Assembly (NCBI GenBank): GCA_044239025.1 | Contig: JBIICE010000002.1 | Coordinates: 1-58,000 of the forward strand | Length of the DNA stretch: 58,000 nucleotides | From: Verrucomicrobiales bacterium | GTDB taxonomy: Bacteria > Verrucomicrobiota > Verrucomicrobiia > Verrucomicrobiales > V1-33 | Reading direction: 5' to 3' | Shown here: positions 46,738 through 56,515 of the stretch, in pieces | How positions within the stretch are numbered: the stretch's first letter is position 1 | How the letters are laid out: each line of letters opens with the position of its first letter | Position numbers and translations under genes: made by a program | Notes under the pieces: generated by a model | Told to the model about the DNA's origin: nothing | Database searches by the model: none | What the model saw: only the letters and a program-made list of their open reading frames with translations

Positions 46738-48773
46738 AGCATTCCAGCGACATGCCTGCGGCAGCACCCCATGTGGTGCAAGGACGGCTTTGGTTCTGCG
46801 GCGTGCTCGTCGCTGCCCTCTTCGGGGCCTACGGCTGGCGCCTCTTCCATCTCCAGGGCATCCGCCACGACTACTACGAGGAAATCCGGCTCACGGCCCA
46901 TCGCCGCCTCGACCCTCTGCCGGCACGGAGGGGCGACATTACCGACGCCCGCGGCATCACCCTTGCAACCGACCGCCTCGTGCAGCGTCTGGTCTACGAC
47001 CTCCAGTTTCTCGGCGAGCGCACCTCGCTGCTCGCTGCCCTCCGCCAGCTCCACAAGCACCGGCCGGGAGATGACAAGGAAAAGCGGGACGACAGCGAAC
47101 TGCTCGGCCGCCAGCCCCTCGAGTCCCTCCAGATCAGCTACCTGAATGCCTCCACCCAAGTGGTCGGCTCCGTGCTCGGCAGACCCCCGGGGGAAATCCG
47201 CGACGCTGTCATCCAACGACTCCGCCGCCGCGCCTCCGGCGAGTTCGTCATCGAACCAAAACTCGATTACCAGCTTGGCCGCAATCTCCGCGACGCACTC
47301 GAGGCCGCCAACCTGGGCCGCTATGACGACCTGCGCGACCGCATCGGTGCCGTCGTCATCCGCGACTACTACGAACGGCATTACCCCCTCATGGGAACCT
47401 TCGACCAGATCGTGGGGAGATTCGCGGAACCCGCCGCCGCCAGGCCCGGCGACGATCCCGCGGCGCCTGTCGGTGTCTCCGGCATCGAGAAATTCTTCGA
47501 CCCGCTGCTCAGCGGGAAGGACGGCAGCCGCTCCGTCGAAGTCGACGGCCGCGGCGAGGAACAGGCCGCCTACCGCGGGGGCAGCGATGCCGCCACCGAC
47601 GGTCACAGCCTCCGCCTCACCCTCGATACCGGACTCCAGGAACTCGTCGAAAAGGAGGTCGACAACCCATCGCCCCCTCATCCGGACGATATCAGTGTGC
47701 GGCGCATGAATGCCGACGTGGTCATCGTGGCCCTTTTCGAGCCATCCACCATGGCACTCCGAGCCCTCGTGGCACGCGATTTCCGCAAGGGCAGGGAAGC
47801 CACCGCTGCCAGCATGAACTATCTCGTCGATTACCTCCTCGAGCCAGGTTCGACCGTCAAAATGGCTACCGTCGCCGCCGCCCTCGCCGATCGCAAAGTG
47901 GGGCTTCATGAAGCCCTCGCCATCGATCCGGACGGGGACCGGTACTACTCGGAAAACGGAGTCTCGAGAATCAGAGACGGAGGCAGCTACCCCAGTCTTT
48001 CCCCGGAGGGTATCCTCGTCAAATCAAGCAACATCGGTTCGTACCTGCTCGCCCGTCGCATCGGACGCACGAAGTTCCGCGAGTGGCTCGACTCATTCGG
48101 TTTCACCTCCCGCACCGGCATCACCCTGCCCTTCGAGAGGGCTGCAAGAGCTGCGTCCACATGGACCCAGCAGGACATGTCGCGTGCGGCCTATGGCTAT
48201 TCCCTCGCCGCTACCCCGGCTCATCTCTGCAGCATGCTCGGATGCATTCTCAACGATGGCCTCTGGCGCCCTCTGCGCCTGGTCGAAGGAGTGACCGATA
48301 TCTCCGGCAATCCCACGGAAGGTACGCCGGAACTGCCATCCAGGCAGGTGCTTCCGGCAACGGTGGCCCGCAGTGTGCGCGACATGCTACTCAATGTCGT
48401 TCTCAAGGGAACCGCCAAGGGAGCCCACAGCGACAAGTTCGTTATCGGGGGGAAGACCGGTACGGCCAATAAAGTCAGTGACAAAGGCAAGTACGACCTC
48501 AGCAGGCAGGCCGTCTCCTTCGCTGGATTTGTCAATGTCGAGGGCCAGCCTCGCCTCGCGGGCTATTGCCTCATCGATGGACCTCGCCTCGGGGACAGCC
48601 TGAACTTTGGCGGCAAGCTGGCAGCACCGCTGTTCCGGCGGGTGGCAGAAAAGGCCATGGAACATTACCGGGTGCCGCCGCAGCTGCTGGCGGACGACGA
48701 TGCGAAGAAGGAAAAGAAAGAACCGGCGAAACTCAGGCTGGAGAATGTGAAAGCAAGACCAAGGGCGCGATGA
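46734..48773 (+). CDS. ftsI: Peptidoglycan D,D-transpeptidase FtsI (class B PBP)
   Basis: ATG 46734 (MKHSSDMPAAAPHVVQGRLWFCGVLVAALFG... TM helix). Active-site motifs STVK (EPGSTVKMATV), SSN (VKSSNIGSY) and KTG (GGKTGTANK). The frame is open back to 45780, but that part overlaps rsmH and ftsL out of frame. Confidence 0.9.
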   Translation: MKHSSDMPAAAPHVVQGRLWFCGVLVAALFGAYGWRLFHLQGIRHDYYEEIRLTAHRRLDPLPARRGDITDARGITLATDRLVQRLVYDLQFLGERTSLLAALRQLHKHRPGDDKEKRDDSELLGRQPLESLQISYLNASTQVVGSVLGRPPGEIRDAVIQRLRRRASGEFVIEPKLDYQLGRNLRDALEAANLGRYDDLRDRIGAVVIRDYYERHYPLMGTFDQIVGRFAEPAAARPGDDPAAPVGVSGIEKFFDPLLSGKDGSRSVEVDGRGEEQAAYRGGSDAATDGHSLRLTLDTGLQELVEKEVDNPSPPHPDDISVRRMNADVVIVALFEPSTMALRALVARDFRKGREATAASMNYLVDYLLEPGSTVKMATVAAALADRKVGLHEALAIDPDGDRYYSENGVSRIRDGGSYPSLSPEGILVKSSNIGSYLLARRIGRTKFREWLDSFGFTSRTGITLPFERAARAASTWTQQDMSRAAYGYSLAATPAHLCSMLGCILNDGLWRPLRLVEGVTDISGNPTEGTPELPSRQVLPATVARSVRDMLLNVVLKGTAKGAHSDKFVIGGKTGTANKVSDKGKYDLSRQAVSFAGFVNVEGQPRLAGYCLIDGPRLGDSLNFGGKLAAPLFRRVAEKAMEHYRVPPQLLADDDAKKEKKEPAKLRLENVKARPRAR

Positions 48774-50296
48774 ATCTGAAGGAACTCATAGAAGCAGTGC
48801 AGCGGTGCCGGACCTATGGTCCCCTCGACCGGGAGATCAGTGCTGTGTCCGTGGATTCGCGGGCAGCGTGCGAAGGCACCCTGTTTGCGGCGATCCGGGG
48901 CGAGACGGCGGATGGGCATGACTACATCGCGAAGGCTGTCGAGGCCGGCGCATCCGCCATCCTCGCGGAACAGGATGTGCCGGAACTGTTCCGCGGCACC
49001 TGGCTCCAGGTTCCCGATACACGCCGCGCCATTGCGGAAGTGGCCGACACCTTTCATGGCCGGCCCTCCGATCACATGATGGTCGCGGGGGTCACCGGCA
49101 CCAATGGCAAGACCACGACCGCGTTCATTCTCCAGCACCTCGTCAACCGTGCCCGGGGACGCTGCGGACTCATCGGAACGGTCCACTACGATACCGGACT
49201 CGGTCACAAACCCTCGTCCCACACCACCCCGGACTGGATTGCTCTGCAGAAACTCCTCGCGGAAATGAGGGAGAACGACTGCAAGGGGGTCGCCATGGAG
49301 GTCAGTTCCCACGCCCTCGCGCAGAAACGGGTGCACGGCATCAGGTTCGACTCCGCCATCTTCACGAACCTCACACAGGACCATCTCGATTACCATGGCA
49401 CCATGGAGGACTACTTCCTCGCGAAGGCCTCGTTCTTCGATCACCTCATGGAACAGGGTGGCTCCAAAAAGCCGGCTGCCATCATCAATGTCGATGATAC
49501 CTGGGGAAGACGTCTCGCCCGCTCGCTTGAGGGTAAACTCGAAGTGGTGCGCTTCGGCATGGGAAATCAGGCGGACTTCCGTGCGACCGGATTGCGCATC
49601 AGCATGCAGGGCACGCAGTTCAGCATGACAGCGCGGGGGCGGGAATTTCTCGTGCGGACGCCCTACATAGGAAGATTCAATGTCTACAACGTACTGGGGG
49701 CGCTTGCGGCGGCATGGAGCATGGATCTCAATCTGCGCGAGGCGGTCGCCGGCATGGCGGAAGCTCCCCAGATTCCCGGACGGATGCAGAATGTTGCCGA
49801 AGCGAAGCCCTTCCGGGTCTACGTGGATTATGCGCATACGCCCGATGCCCTCGAAAATGCTCTGCGAACCGTGAAGGAACTGGAACCCCGCAGCATCATC
49901 ACGGTCTTCGGATGCGGCGGCGACCGAGACCGCACCAAGCGCCCCCTCATGGGTGCCGTCGCGGAGCAGCACTCCACCTGGACCATCCTCACCAGCGACA
50001 ACCCCCGCAGCGAGAAACCCGAGGAGATCCTCGCGGAAATCGCCGCCGGCATGCGTGGCGAACGCTGCGAAATCATTCCCGACCGCCGCACCGCCATCGC
50101 CCGCGCCATTGAACTGGCAGGTGCCCGCGCCGGCGGAGGCGACGTCGTGCTCATCGCAGGGAAAGGGCACGAACAGGGCCAGATCTTTGCGGACACCATT
50201 GAGCCATTCGACGACGTCAGGGTCGCTCAGGACATTCTGCGGAATTGGGTCATGCCCGAGCGCACCCGCGAGGCAGGAAGGAGGCCGGAACGATGA
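48770..50296 (+). CDS. murE: UDP-N-acetylmuramoyl-L-alanyl-D-glutamate--2,6-diaminopimelate ligase
   Basis: GVTGTNGKTTT and the DNPR motif (TSDNPRSE), which indicates meso-DAP specificity. ATGA overlap with ftsI. Confidence 0.95.
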   Translation: MNLKELIEAVQRCRTYGPLDREISAVSVDSRAACEGTLFAAIRGETADGHDYIAKAVEAGASAILAEQDVPELFRGTWLQVPDTRRAIAEVADTFHGRPSDHMMVAGVTGTNGKTTTAFILQHLVNRARGRCGLIGTVHYDTGLGHKPSSHTTPDWIALQKLLAEMRENDCKGVAMEVSSHALAQKRVHGIRFDSAIFTNLTQDHLDYHGTMEDYFLAKASFFDHLMEQGGSKKPAAIINVDDTWGRRLARSLEGKLEVVRFGMGNQADFRATGLRISMQGTQFSMTARGREFLVRTPYIGRFNVYNVLGALAAAWSMDLNLREAVAGMAEAPQIPGRMQNVAEAKPFRVYVDYAHTPDALENALRTVKELEPRSIITVFGCGGDRDRTKRPLMGAVAEQHSTWTILTSDNPRSEKPEEILAEIAAGMRGERCEIIPDRRTAIARAIELAGARAGGGDVVLIAGKGHEQGQIFADTIEPFDDVRVAQDILRNWVMPERTREAGRRPER

Positions 50297-51669
50297 AGAC
50301 AATCGACGCCGTTACGGCCGCCGCGTGGTCGGGTGGTTCCCTCTCCGCAGGGCCGACCACTGCGGCCATCAGCACCGTTTCGACGGATACCCGCAGGATC
50401 GGTCCGGGCTCCCTCTTCGTGGCGCTCGCCGGTGAGCGCTTCGATGCCCACGATTTCATGGAGGCCGCCGCGCAGGGTGGTGCCGCTGCCGTCATGGTTC
50501 ACCGGGACGTCAGCGTCCCCGCTGGCATGGCCGTCATCCGCGTGAACGATACCCTCGCGGGCCTCCAGCGCATGGCTGCCGCATGGCGAACCGAGTGGAA
50601 CGGGACGGTCATTGGCCTCACCGGCAGCAATGGAAAGACTTCCACCAAGGACATGACCCGGGCGGTGCTCGCCCGTAAATTCCGTACCACTGCCACCGCC
50701 GGTAATCTCAACAATCACATCGGTGTCCCCCTTACTCTGCTCGATATCCAGCCCGAACACGAAGCTGCTGTCGTGGAGATGGGCATGAACCACGCGGGAG
50801 AAATCGCTCCCCTCGCGGCCATGGCCGCGCCGCACACCGGCATCATCACGAACATCGGCACGGCGCATATCGAATTTCTCGGAAGCCGGGAGAACATCGC
50901 CCGTGAAAAAGCCGCCCTCGCCGAAGCCATCCCACCGACCGGCACCGTCATCCTCAATGCGGGCGACGACTTCACCCCATGGATCCGCCCGCTCTGTTCC
51001 GCCCGGGTGATGACCGCCGGGGTCGGATCCGGTGACATCTGCGCGGACGACCTCGTCTGCAGCCCGGGAGGCAGCCGCTTCCGGTTGCGCTTTCCCTCGG
51101 GCGAATCCGTGGACGTCTCGCTCCCGGTCCCGGGCCGCCACATGGCTGCGAATGCCGCGCTCGCCGCGGCCGCCGGATGGGTGCACGGCATCTCGCCCGA
51201 CGCCATTGCCCATGGTCTGGCATCGCTCGAACTGACCGCCGGACGCGTCCAGTTGCGCTCCGCCGCCGGTCTCCAGTTCCTCGACGATTCCTACAACGCG
51301 AATCCCGATTCGATGAAGGCGGCCCTCGAGACTCTCCGCAGTCTCGCCTGCCGCGGCCGCCGCATCGCGGTGCTTGGCCGGATGGGAGAACTTGGTCCCC
51401 ATTCCGCACAGGGACACCGCGAAACCGGGGCGGCTGCCTGCACCTCGGGGGTCGACTTTCTCTTCCTCGTGGAAAGCGGTGACGTCTCCCGCATGGCGGA
51501 GGGCTTCCTCGCCGCCGGTGGGCAATCCGCCCGGCTCCGCGTTTTTCCCGATCATGCCACCTGTGCCGAGGCCCTGCGCTCCACCGCCGGCCCTGATGAT
51601 CTCATTCTCCTCAAGGGCAGCCGTTCCGCCGGAATGGAACGGATACCCCAGCTACTATCCGGATCCTGA
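50293..51669 (+). CDS. murF: UDP-N-acetylmuramoyl-tripeptide--D-alanyl-D-alanine ligase
   Basis: GLTGSNGKTSTKDM and EMGMNHAGEI. ATGA overlap with murE. Confidence 0.93.
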   Translation: MKTIDAVTAAAWSGGSLSAGPTTAAISTVSTDTRRIGPGSLFVALAGERFDAHDFMEAAAQGGAAAVMVHRDVSVPAGMAVIRVNDTLAGLQRMAAAWRTEWNGTVIGLTGSNGKTSTKDMTRAVLARKFRTTATAGNLNNHIGVPLTLLDIQPEHEAAVVEMGMNHAGEIAPLAAMAAPHTGIITNIGTAHIEFLGSRENIAREKAALAEAIPPTGTVILNAGDDFTPWIRPLCSARVMTAGVGSGDICADDLVCSPGGSRFRLRFPSGESVDVSLPVPGRHMAANAALAAAAGWVHGISPDAIAHGLASLELTAGRVQLRSAAGLQFLDDSYNANPDSMKAALETLRSLACRGRRIAVLGRMGELGPHSAQGHRETGAAACTSGVDFLFLVESGDVSRMAEGFLAAGGQSARLRVFPDHATCAEALRSTAGPDDLILLKGSRSAGMERIPQLLSGS

Positions 51670-51672
51670 ACG

Positions 51673-52812
51673 ATGCTCTATTGGATTTACCAACTCATCG
51701 GCAATGCCGACGGCTTCGCGGCAAAGCTCACCAACGTCTTCAAATACCAGACTTTCCGGGGCCTCGTGGCCTGCATCGTCGCCTTCGCCATCAGCATTGT
51801 GCTGGGCGAGTACGTCATCCGGAAACTCATCTCGCTCAAAATCGGTCAACCCGTCCGCACCCGCGAGGAAGTCAATAAGCTCTATGAACTGCACGGCAAA
51901 AAAGCCGGTACTCCCACCATGGGGGGAGTCCTCATCATCGGGGCGCTGCTGGTCTCCTGCTTCCTCTGCACCCGCTGGGACAATCCTTTCCTCTGGGTCG
52001 TCCTCTATGTGACCCTCGCCCTCGGAGCACTCGGCTTCGTCGATGATTATCTCAAGGTCAGCCGGAAAAACTCCAAGGGCGTCAACGCCCGCGGCAAACT
52101 CATTGTCCAGTGGGCCGTTGGCCTCACGGCCGGATTCGTTCTCTACAACCTCCCGGGACAGCGCGACTACTTCGACCACCTGCAGCTTCCCTTCATCAAG
52201 AAGGAGTTGTTCGAAATCGAACACATGGGTCCCGTCACCGTGCTGTTCTTCGCGGTCGTCATCGTCGGATGCTCGAACGCCGTCAACCTCACCGACGGGC
52301 TCGATGGTCTGGCCGCCGGCTGTACGGTCAGTGTCGGACTGGCCTACGCCATCTTCTGCTACGTGACTGGTCACTCCGAGGCCGCAAGGTTCCTCCTCAT
52401 CGACCATAACCGGGACGCTGGCGAACTCGCGCCGGTCTGCATGGGTCTCGTGGGCGCATGCCTCGGTTTCCTCTGGTACAACTGCTATCCAGCCCGCGTC
52501 TTCATGGGAGATACCGGCAGCATGGCCCTCGGGGGCTGCATCGCCGCCGTTGCCATCTGCTGCCGTCAGGAGGTCCTCCTCGTCGTCGTCGGGTTTGTCT
52601 TCGTCGCGGAAGCCATTTCGGTGATGCTCCAGGTCGCATGGTTCAAGATCAGCCGACGGCTCTACGGTGAAGGCCGCCGGCTTTTCCGCATGACGCCCAT
52701 TCACCATCACTTCGAGCTGAAAGGCTGGAACGAGAGCCAGGTCATTGTGCGCTTCTGGGTCCTCAGCCTGATGTGCGCTCTCATTGGGCTTGCCACCCTC
52801 AAGCTCCGCTGA
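51673..52812 (+). CDS. mraY: Phospho-N-acetylmuramoyl-pentapeptide transferase
   Basis: NAVNLTDGLDGLAAG, FMGDTGSMALGG and PIHHHFELKGW. Confidence 0.97.
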   Translation: MLYWIYQLIGNADGFAAKLTNVFKYQTFRGLVACIVAFAISIVLGEYVIRKLISLKIGQPVRTREEVNKLYELHGKKAGTPTMGGVLIIGALLVSCFLCTRWDNPFLWVVLYVTLALGALGFVDDYLKVSRKNSKGVNARGKLIVQWAVGLTAGFVLYNLPGQRDYFDHLQLPFIKKELFEIEHMGPVTVLFFAVVIVGCSNAVNLTDGLDGLAAGCTVSVGLAYAIFCYVTGHSEAARFLLIDHNRDAGELAPVCMGLVGACLGFLWYNCYPARVFMGDTGSMALGGCIAAVAICCRQEVLLVVVGFVFVAEAISVMLQVAWFKISRRLYGEGRRLFRMTPIHHHFELKGWNESQVIVRFWVLSLMCALIGLATLKLR

Positions 52813-52821
52813 CCCACTGCC

Positions 52822-54165
52822 ATGCTGCCTGCCTCGGACCATTACGCTGGAAAGCGCATCGCCGTTCTCGGTCTCGGACGGAGCGGGTTGGCTGCTGCCC
52901 GCCTCGCACGCAGGCTGGGAGCGGAAGTAACGGCCCTCGACACTGGCTGCAGCGACGCCCTCAGTCAGCAGGCGGCCCTCCTTGAACAGGAAGGAACCTC
53001 CTGCCTGCTGGGCGATGCCGCCCTCGCCTGCAGGGACCACTTCGACCTCGGGGTGCTCAGTCCGGCCATCGATCCATCATGGCCGCTCGCCCAGTTGATC
53101 CTCCGCTCCGGGACTCCTGCCATCAGCGAGATCGAATTCGCTTTCCGCCATACCTCCGTTCCCTGCATCGCCATCACCGGCACCAACGGGAAAACCACCA
53201 CGACGGCTCTCATTGCGGCGGCGATCTCCGCGGCAGGTCTCCGTACCGTGCCCTGCGGCAATTTCGGAGTCGCTTTCGCCGGACTGGTTCTCGCCGACGA
53301 CCCGATGGAGGTCTATACCCTCGAGGTCAGTTCCTTCCAGCTCGAGCTGATCGATACGTTCCGGCCAAGGGTCTCGGTCTGGATGAATTTCGCGGAGGAT
53401 CATCTCGACCGGCACCCGGACATGGAGACCTACTACCGCGCGAAAGCCCGCATTTTCGAGAATCAGACAGCGGAAGACACGGCGGTCATCAACGCCATCG
53501 GTACATACCCGGATCTCAAGGCCCGGCGGGTCACTTTTTCCGCATGGACCGATGCCGCGGACTGGACCCTGCGCGATGGCTGGATCTGCCTTCACGGGGA
53601 ACGCGTCCTTGCCATGCAGGCGACCCGTCTGCGGGGCCGCCACAACGCGGAGAACCTCATGGCGGCCCTCGCTGCCTGCCACGCATGGGGGCTGCCGATT
53701 TCCGGACTCGCGGATGCTCTCCGCAGCGTTCCGGCACCCCGCCACCGCTGCGAGCCTGCCGGAACCGTCAATGGTGTCGAATTCATCAACGATTCCAAGG
53801 CGACCAATGTGCATGCCATGGAAAGCGCCTTGCGCGGCATGGAAAGTCCCGTGGTGCTCATCGCCGGAGGCAAGGAAAAAGGCCTCGATTACCGTCCGCT
53901 CGCTCCCCTCGTTGCGGAAAAAGCCACAGCCATCTTCACCATCGGAGAGATCGGCCCGCGACTCGCCGGCCTCTGGCAGGAAGCGGTTCCCTGCACTGTC
54001 TGTGCCAGCCTCGGCGATGCCGTCCGCGGAGCCCTCGCCGCCGCCACTCCAGGGCAGTCTGTCCTCTTCGCTCCAGGGACTTCCTCCTTCGATATGTTCA
54101 CCGGCTACGACCACCGGGGTGACTCCTTCATCCAAACTGTTCAACAACTCGACCAAGCACCATGA
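52822..54165 (+). CDS. murD: UDP-N-acetylmuramoylalanine--D-glutamate ligase
   Basis: VLGLGRSGLAAARL (Rossmann), ITGTNGKTTT and NDSKATN. Confidence 0.95.
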   Translation: MLPASDHYAGKRIAVLGLGRSGLAAARLARRLGAEVTALDTGCSDALSQQAALLEQEGTSCLLGDAALACRDHFDLGVLSPAIDPSWPLAQLILRSGTPAISEIEFAFRHTSVPCIAITGTNGKTTTTALIAAAISAAGLRTVPCGNFGVAFAGLVLADDPMEVYTLEVSSFQLELIDTFRPRVSVWMNFAEDHLDRHPDMETYYRAKARIFENQTAEDTAVINAIGTYPDLKARRVTFSAWTDAADWTLRDGWICLHGERVLAMQATRLRGRHNAENLMAALAACHAWGLPISGLADALRSVPAPRHRCEPAGTVNGVEFINDSKATNVHAMESALRGMESPVVLIAGGKEKGLDYRPLAPLVAEKATAIFTIGEIGPRLAGLWQEAVPCTVCASLGDAVRGALAAATPGQSVLFAPGTSSFDMFTGYDHRGDSFIQTVQQLDQAP

Positions 54166-55298
54166 ACCTCCTCTCCGACACGAAGAACCGGCCGCAGCGC
54201 CGCAGTTCCCAGTCTTTCATCGGTTCCCTGACGGGACGTCTCGGCGGCGGGCACCGCCTCGCTGCCAGCGCCTCGGCCCAGGATGACTGGGATGTCGAAG
54301 TGCCTCAGGTCCGCATGTCCCGCGCCTTCGTGGTGATGCTGCTGCTGCACCTCGTCGCCATCGGTGGCCTCTTTGCGTTTCATATGTGGGGTGAGGACAA
54401 GGAGAATCCTCCGGCTCCGGCAACGGATACGGCGGCGGCGCCACCTGCGCCCGTCACCACGGTTCCCCTCGCTGCCGCGGAGAGCGCTCCTCCGGAAATC
54501 GAGGTGCGCCGCGCCATTCCAGCGGCCGCGGACGAGGAAGCTGCGGCGGAGCCAGCCTCCGGTCAGGCGGCCAATACGCATCGCCTTCTCAAGGGCGAAA
54601 CCCGCGAACTGCTCGCCGCCCGCTTTGGAATCACTTCGGAGCAACTCACCTCTGCCAACCCACAGGCTTCATGGGCTCCCGGAACCACTATCCAGATTCC
54701 GCCGCAGGGTGCGGAATCGGCACCCGTGGTCTCCGCCGCCACGGATTCGGGCGCATCCGCCAAACCTCAGCGTACCGCCCCCATGGTGGCCACTCCGGTG
54801 ACCACGGCCCCTGAGCGGAACCCTTCTCTCCAGGCCATCAGCGAGGCCCTTCCCGAGGCCAAGGAACCGGAACCCGCCGCGCTGGCCGTGGGCGAGCGCC
54901 AGCCCGATACCTACGTGCAGGAAAAGGTCTCTCCCGCTCCGAAAGCCGTCAGCCCGCCGCGCCCGGAACCGAAGGCCCAGCCCGTCCGGGCCGAACCAGC
55001 CCGCCGCGAAACCGCGGCCGCTCGCACCACGGTCAGCAAGCCAGCAATCAAAACCACTCCAAAGGCGGCCCCAGTGAAACCGTCCTCGGAAGTCGTCGTG
55101 AAGACCAAGGCAAAAACGACGGCGGAGCCGGCCCGCTCGGCTGGTTCCCGCACCCACGTCGTCGTCAAGGGTGACACCATCTACAATATCGCCCGCCGCT
55201 ACGGATTCAGCGCCAACGAAATCATGCGCCTCAACAGCCTCGCTGATCCAGACCGGCTCCGCGTGGGTGACCGCCTCCGCGTTCCGGTGCGCCGCTGA
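54162..55298 (+). CDS. Bitopic membrane protein with Pro/Ala-rich linker and two LysM peptidoglycan-binding domains, embedded in the dcw operon
   Basis: TM helix FVVMLLLHLVAIGGLFAF. LysM-1: HRLLKGETRELLAARFGITSEQLTSANP. LysM-2: HVVVKGDTIYNIARRYGFSANEIMRLNSLADPDRLRVGDRLRVP. ATGA overlap with the murD stop, and 25 bp before ftsW. Confidence 0.8.
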   Translation: MNLLSDTKNRPQRRSSQSFIGSLTGRLGGGHRLAASASAQDDWDVEVPQVRMSRAFVVMLLLHLVAIGGLFAFHMWGEDKENPPAPATDTAAAPPAPVTTVPLAAAESAPPEIEVRRAIPAAADEEAAAEPASGQAANTHRLLKGETRELLAARFGITSEQLTSANPQASWAPGTTIQIPPQGAESAPVVSAATDSGASAKPQRTAPMVATPVTTAPERNPSLQAISEALPEAKEPEPAALAVGERQPDTYVQEKVSPAPKAVSPPRPEPKAQPVRAEPARRETAAARTTVSKPAIKTTPKAAPVKPSSEVVVKTKAKTTAEPARSAGSRTHVVVKGDTIYNIARRYGFSANEIMRLNSLADPDRLRVGDRLRVPVRR

Positions 55299-55323
55299 AC
55301 GGCCGGCTCCACTTCCTTCTCCC

Positions 55324-56496
55324 ATGGCCCGCCGCGCTCCCGTCATCCTCCTGTTCTCGGTCCTCCTGCTCGTGGTCCTCGGATTCGTCATGCAGCTGAG
55401 CACGGCCGGCTACAGCATGGAAACCAGAAACGATGCGTGGGCCGCCCTCCGCAAGCATGCGGTCTACTGCGCCGTAGGCCTGGTCGGCGGTGCCATGCTC
55501 ATGAGAATGGACTACCGCAACTGGATGCGCTTCGCCAAACCCGTTTACTGGCTGAGCATCCTGCTGCTGGTGCTGTGCTTCGTTCCGACCATCGGTCAGA
55601 GGATCAACGGAGCCAGCCGCTGGATCGACCTCGGACCAATCCAGCTTCAGGCGTCGGAACCAGCCCGTCTCGGCATCATCATGGCACTCGCCGCCTTCTG
55701 CACCATCCACGGCAGCCGCCGCCTTTCGTTTCTCCATGGCTATCTGCTTCCGCTGCTCATCCTCGCGCTTCCGGTCGGTCTGATCGCGCTCGAAGTCGAT
55801 CTGGGGGCGGCTGTCCTCCTCTTCGGTGCGGGCTCGGCCCTGCTCTTCCTCGCGGGAAGCAGGCTGATCTACATCATCGGCTCGGCCGCCATCGGCATCA
55901 GTCTCCTCGCCGCCGCCGTCACCCTCATCGAGAACCGCGAAGGCCGCGTCACTGCTTTCGTCCAGCTCTGGAAGGAAACGCCGTCCGACAGCAAGGAGGC
56001 CGCACGCTTCGCCCAGTTCAATTTTCAGCAGGAACAGGGGCTCATCGCCCTTGGGTCGGGCGGCCTCACCGGCCGGGGACTCGGCGACGGACGGCAGAAG
56101 CGCTTCTACCTTCCCTACTGCCATACCGATTTTGTGTTCCCCATCGTCGGTGAGGAACTCGGTATCTTCGGCACGGTGGGGACTCTCGCCCTCTTTGCGG
56201 CCATCGCTGTCGCGGGCCTCGGCATCGCTTCCAGTGCGGCCGACCGCTTCGGTGGACTCCTTGCCGGCGGCCTCGTTCTCCTCATTGTCTTCCAGGCTGC
56301 CATCAACATCGGCGTGACCACCGCCTGCCTCCCCAACAAGGGCATGCCCCTCCCTTTTGTCAGCTACGGAGGATCGAATCTCTGTTCCTGCCTCCTCGCG
56401 GTCGGTGCCCTCCTCAGCATCCACCGGCAGGCCCGCCCGGCTGATCTGGTTCCCGAACCCGTGCTCGGACGTCCCAGGTTGACGGCTTCCCTCTAG
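55324..56496 (+). CDS. ftsW: Peptidoglycan glycosyltransferase FtsW (SEDS family)
   Basis: ATG 55324 (MARRAPVILLFSVLLLVVLGFVM...). Polytopic. SEDS signature LPNKGMPLPFVSYGGSN. Position after murD. Confidence 0.9.
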   Translation: MARRAPVILLFSVLLLVVLGFVMQLSTAGYSMETRNDAWAALRKHAVYCAVGLVGGAMLMRMDYRNWMRFAKPVYWLSILLLVLCFVPTIGQRINGASRWIDLGPIQLQASEPARLGIIMALAAFCTIHGSRRLSFLHGYLLPLLILALPVGLIALEVDLGAAVLLFGAGSALLFLAGSRLIYIIGSAAIGISLLAAAVTLIENREGRVTAFVQLWKETPSDSKEAARFAQFNFQQEQGLIALGSGGLTGRGLGDGRQKRFYLPYCHTDFVFPIVGEELGIFGTVGTLALFAAIAVAGLGIASSAADRFGGLLAGGLVLLIVFQAAINIGVTTACLPNKGMPLPFVSYGGSNLCSCLLAVGALLSIHRQARPADLVPEPVLGRPRLTASL

Positions 56497-56515
56497 CAGT
56501 GCAATAACCAATTCC

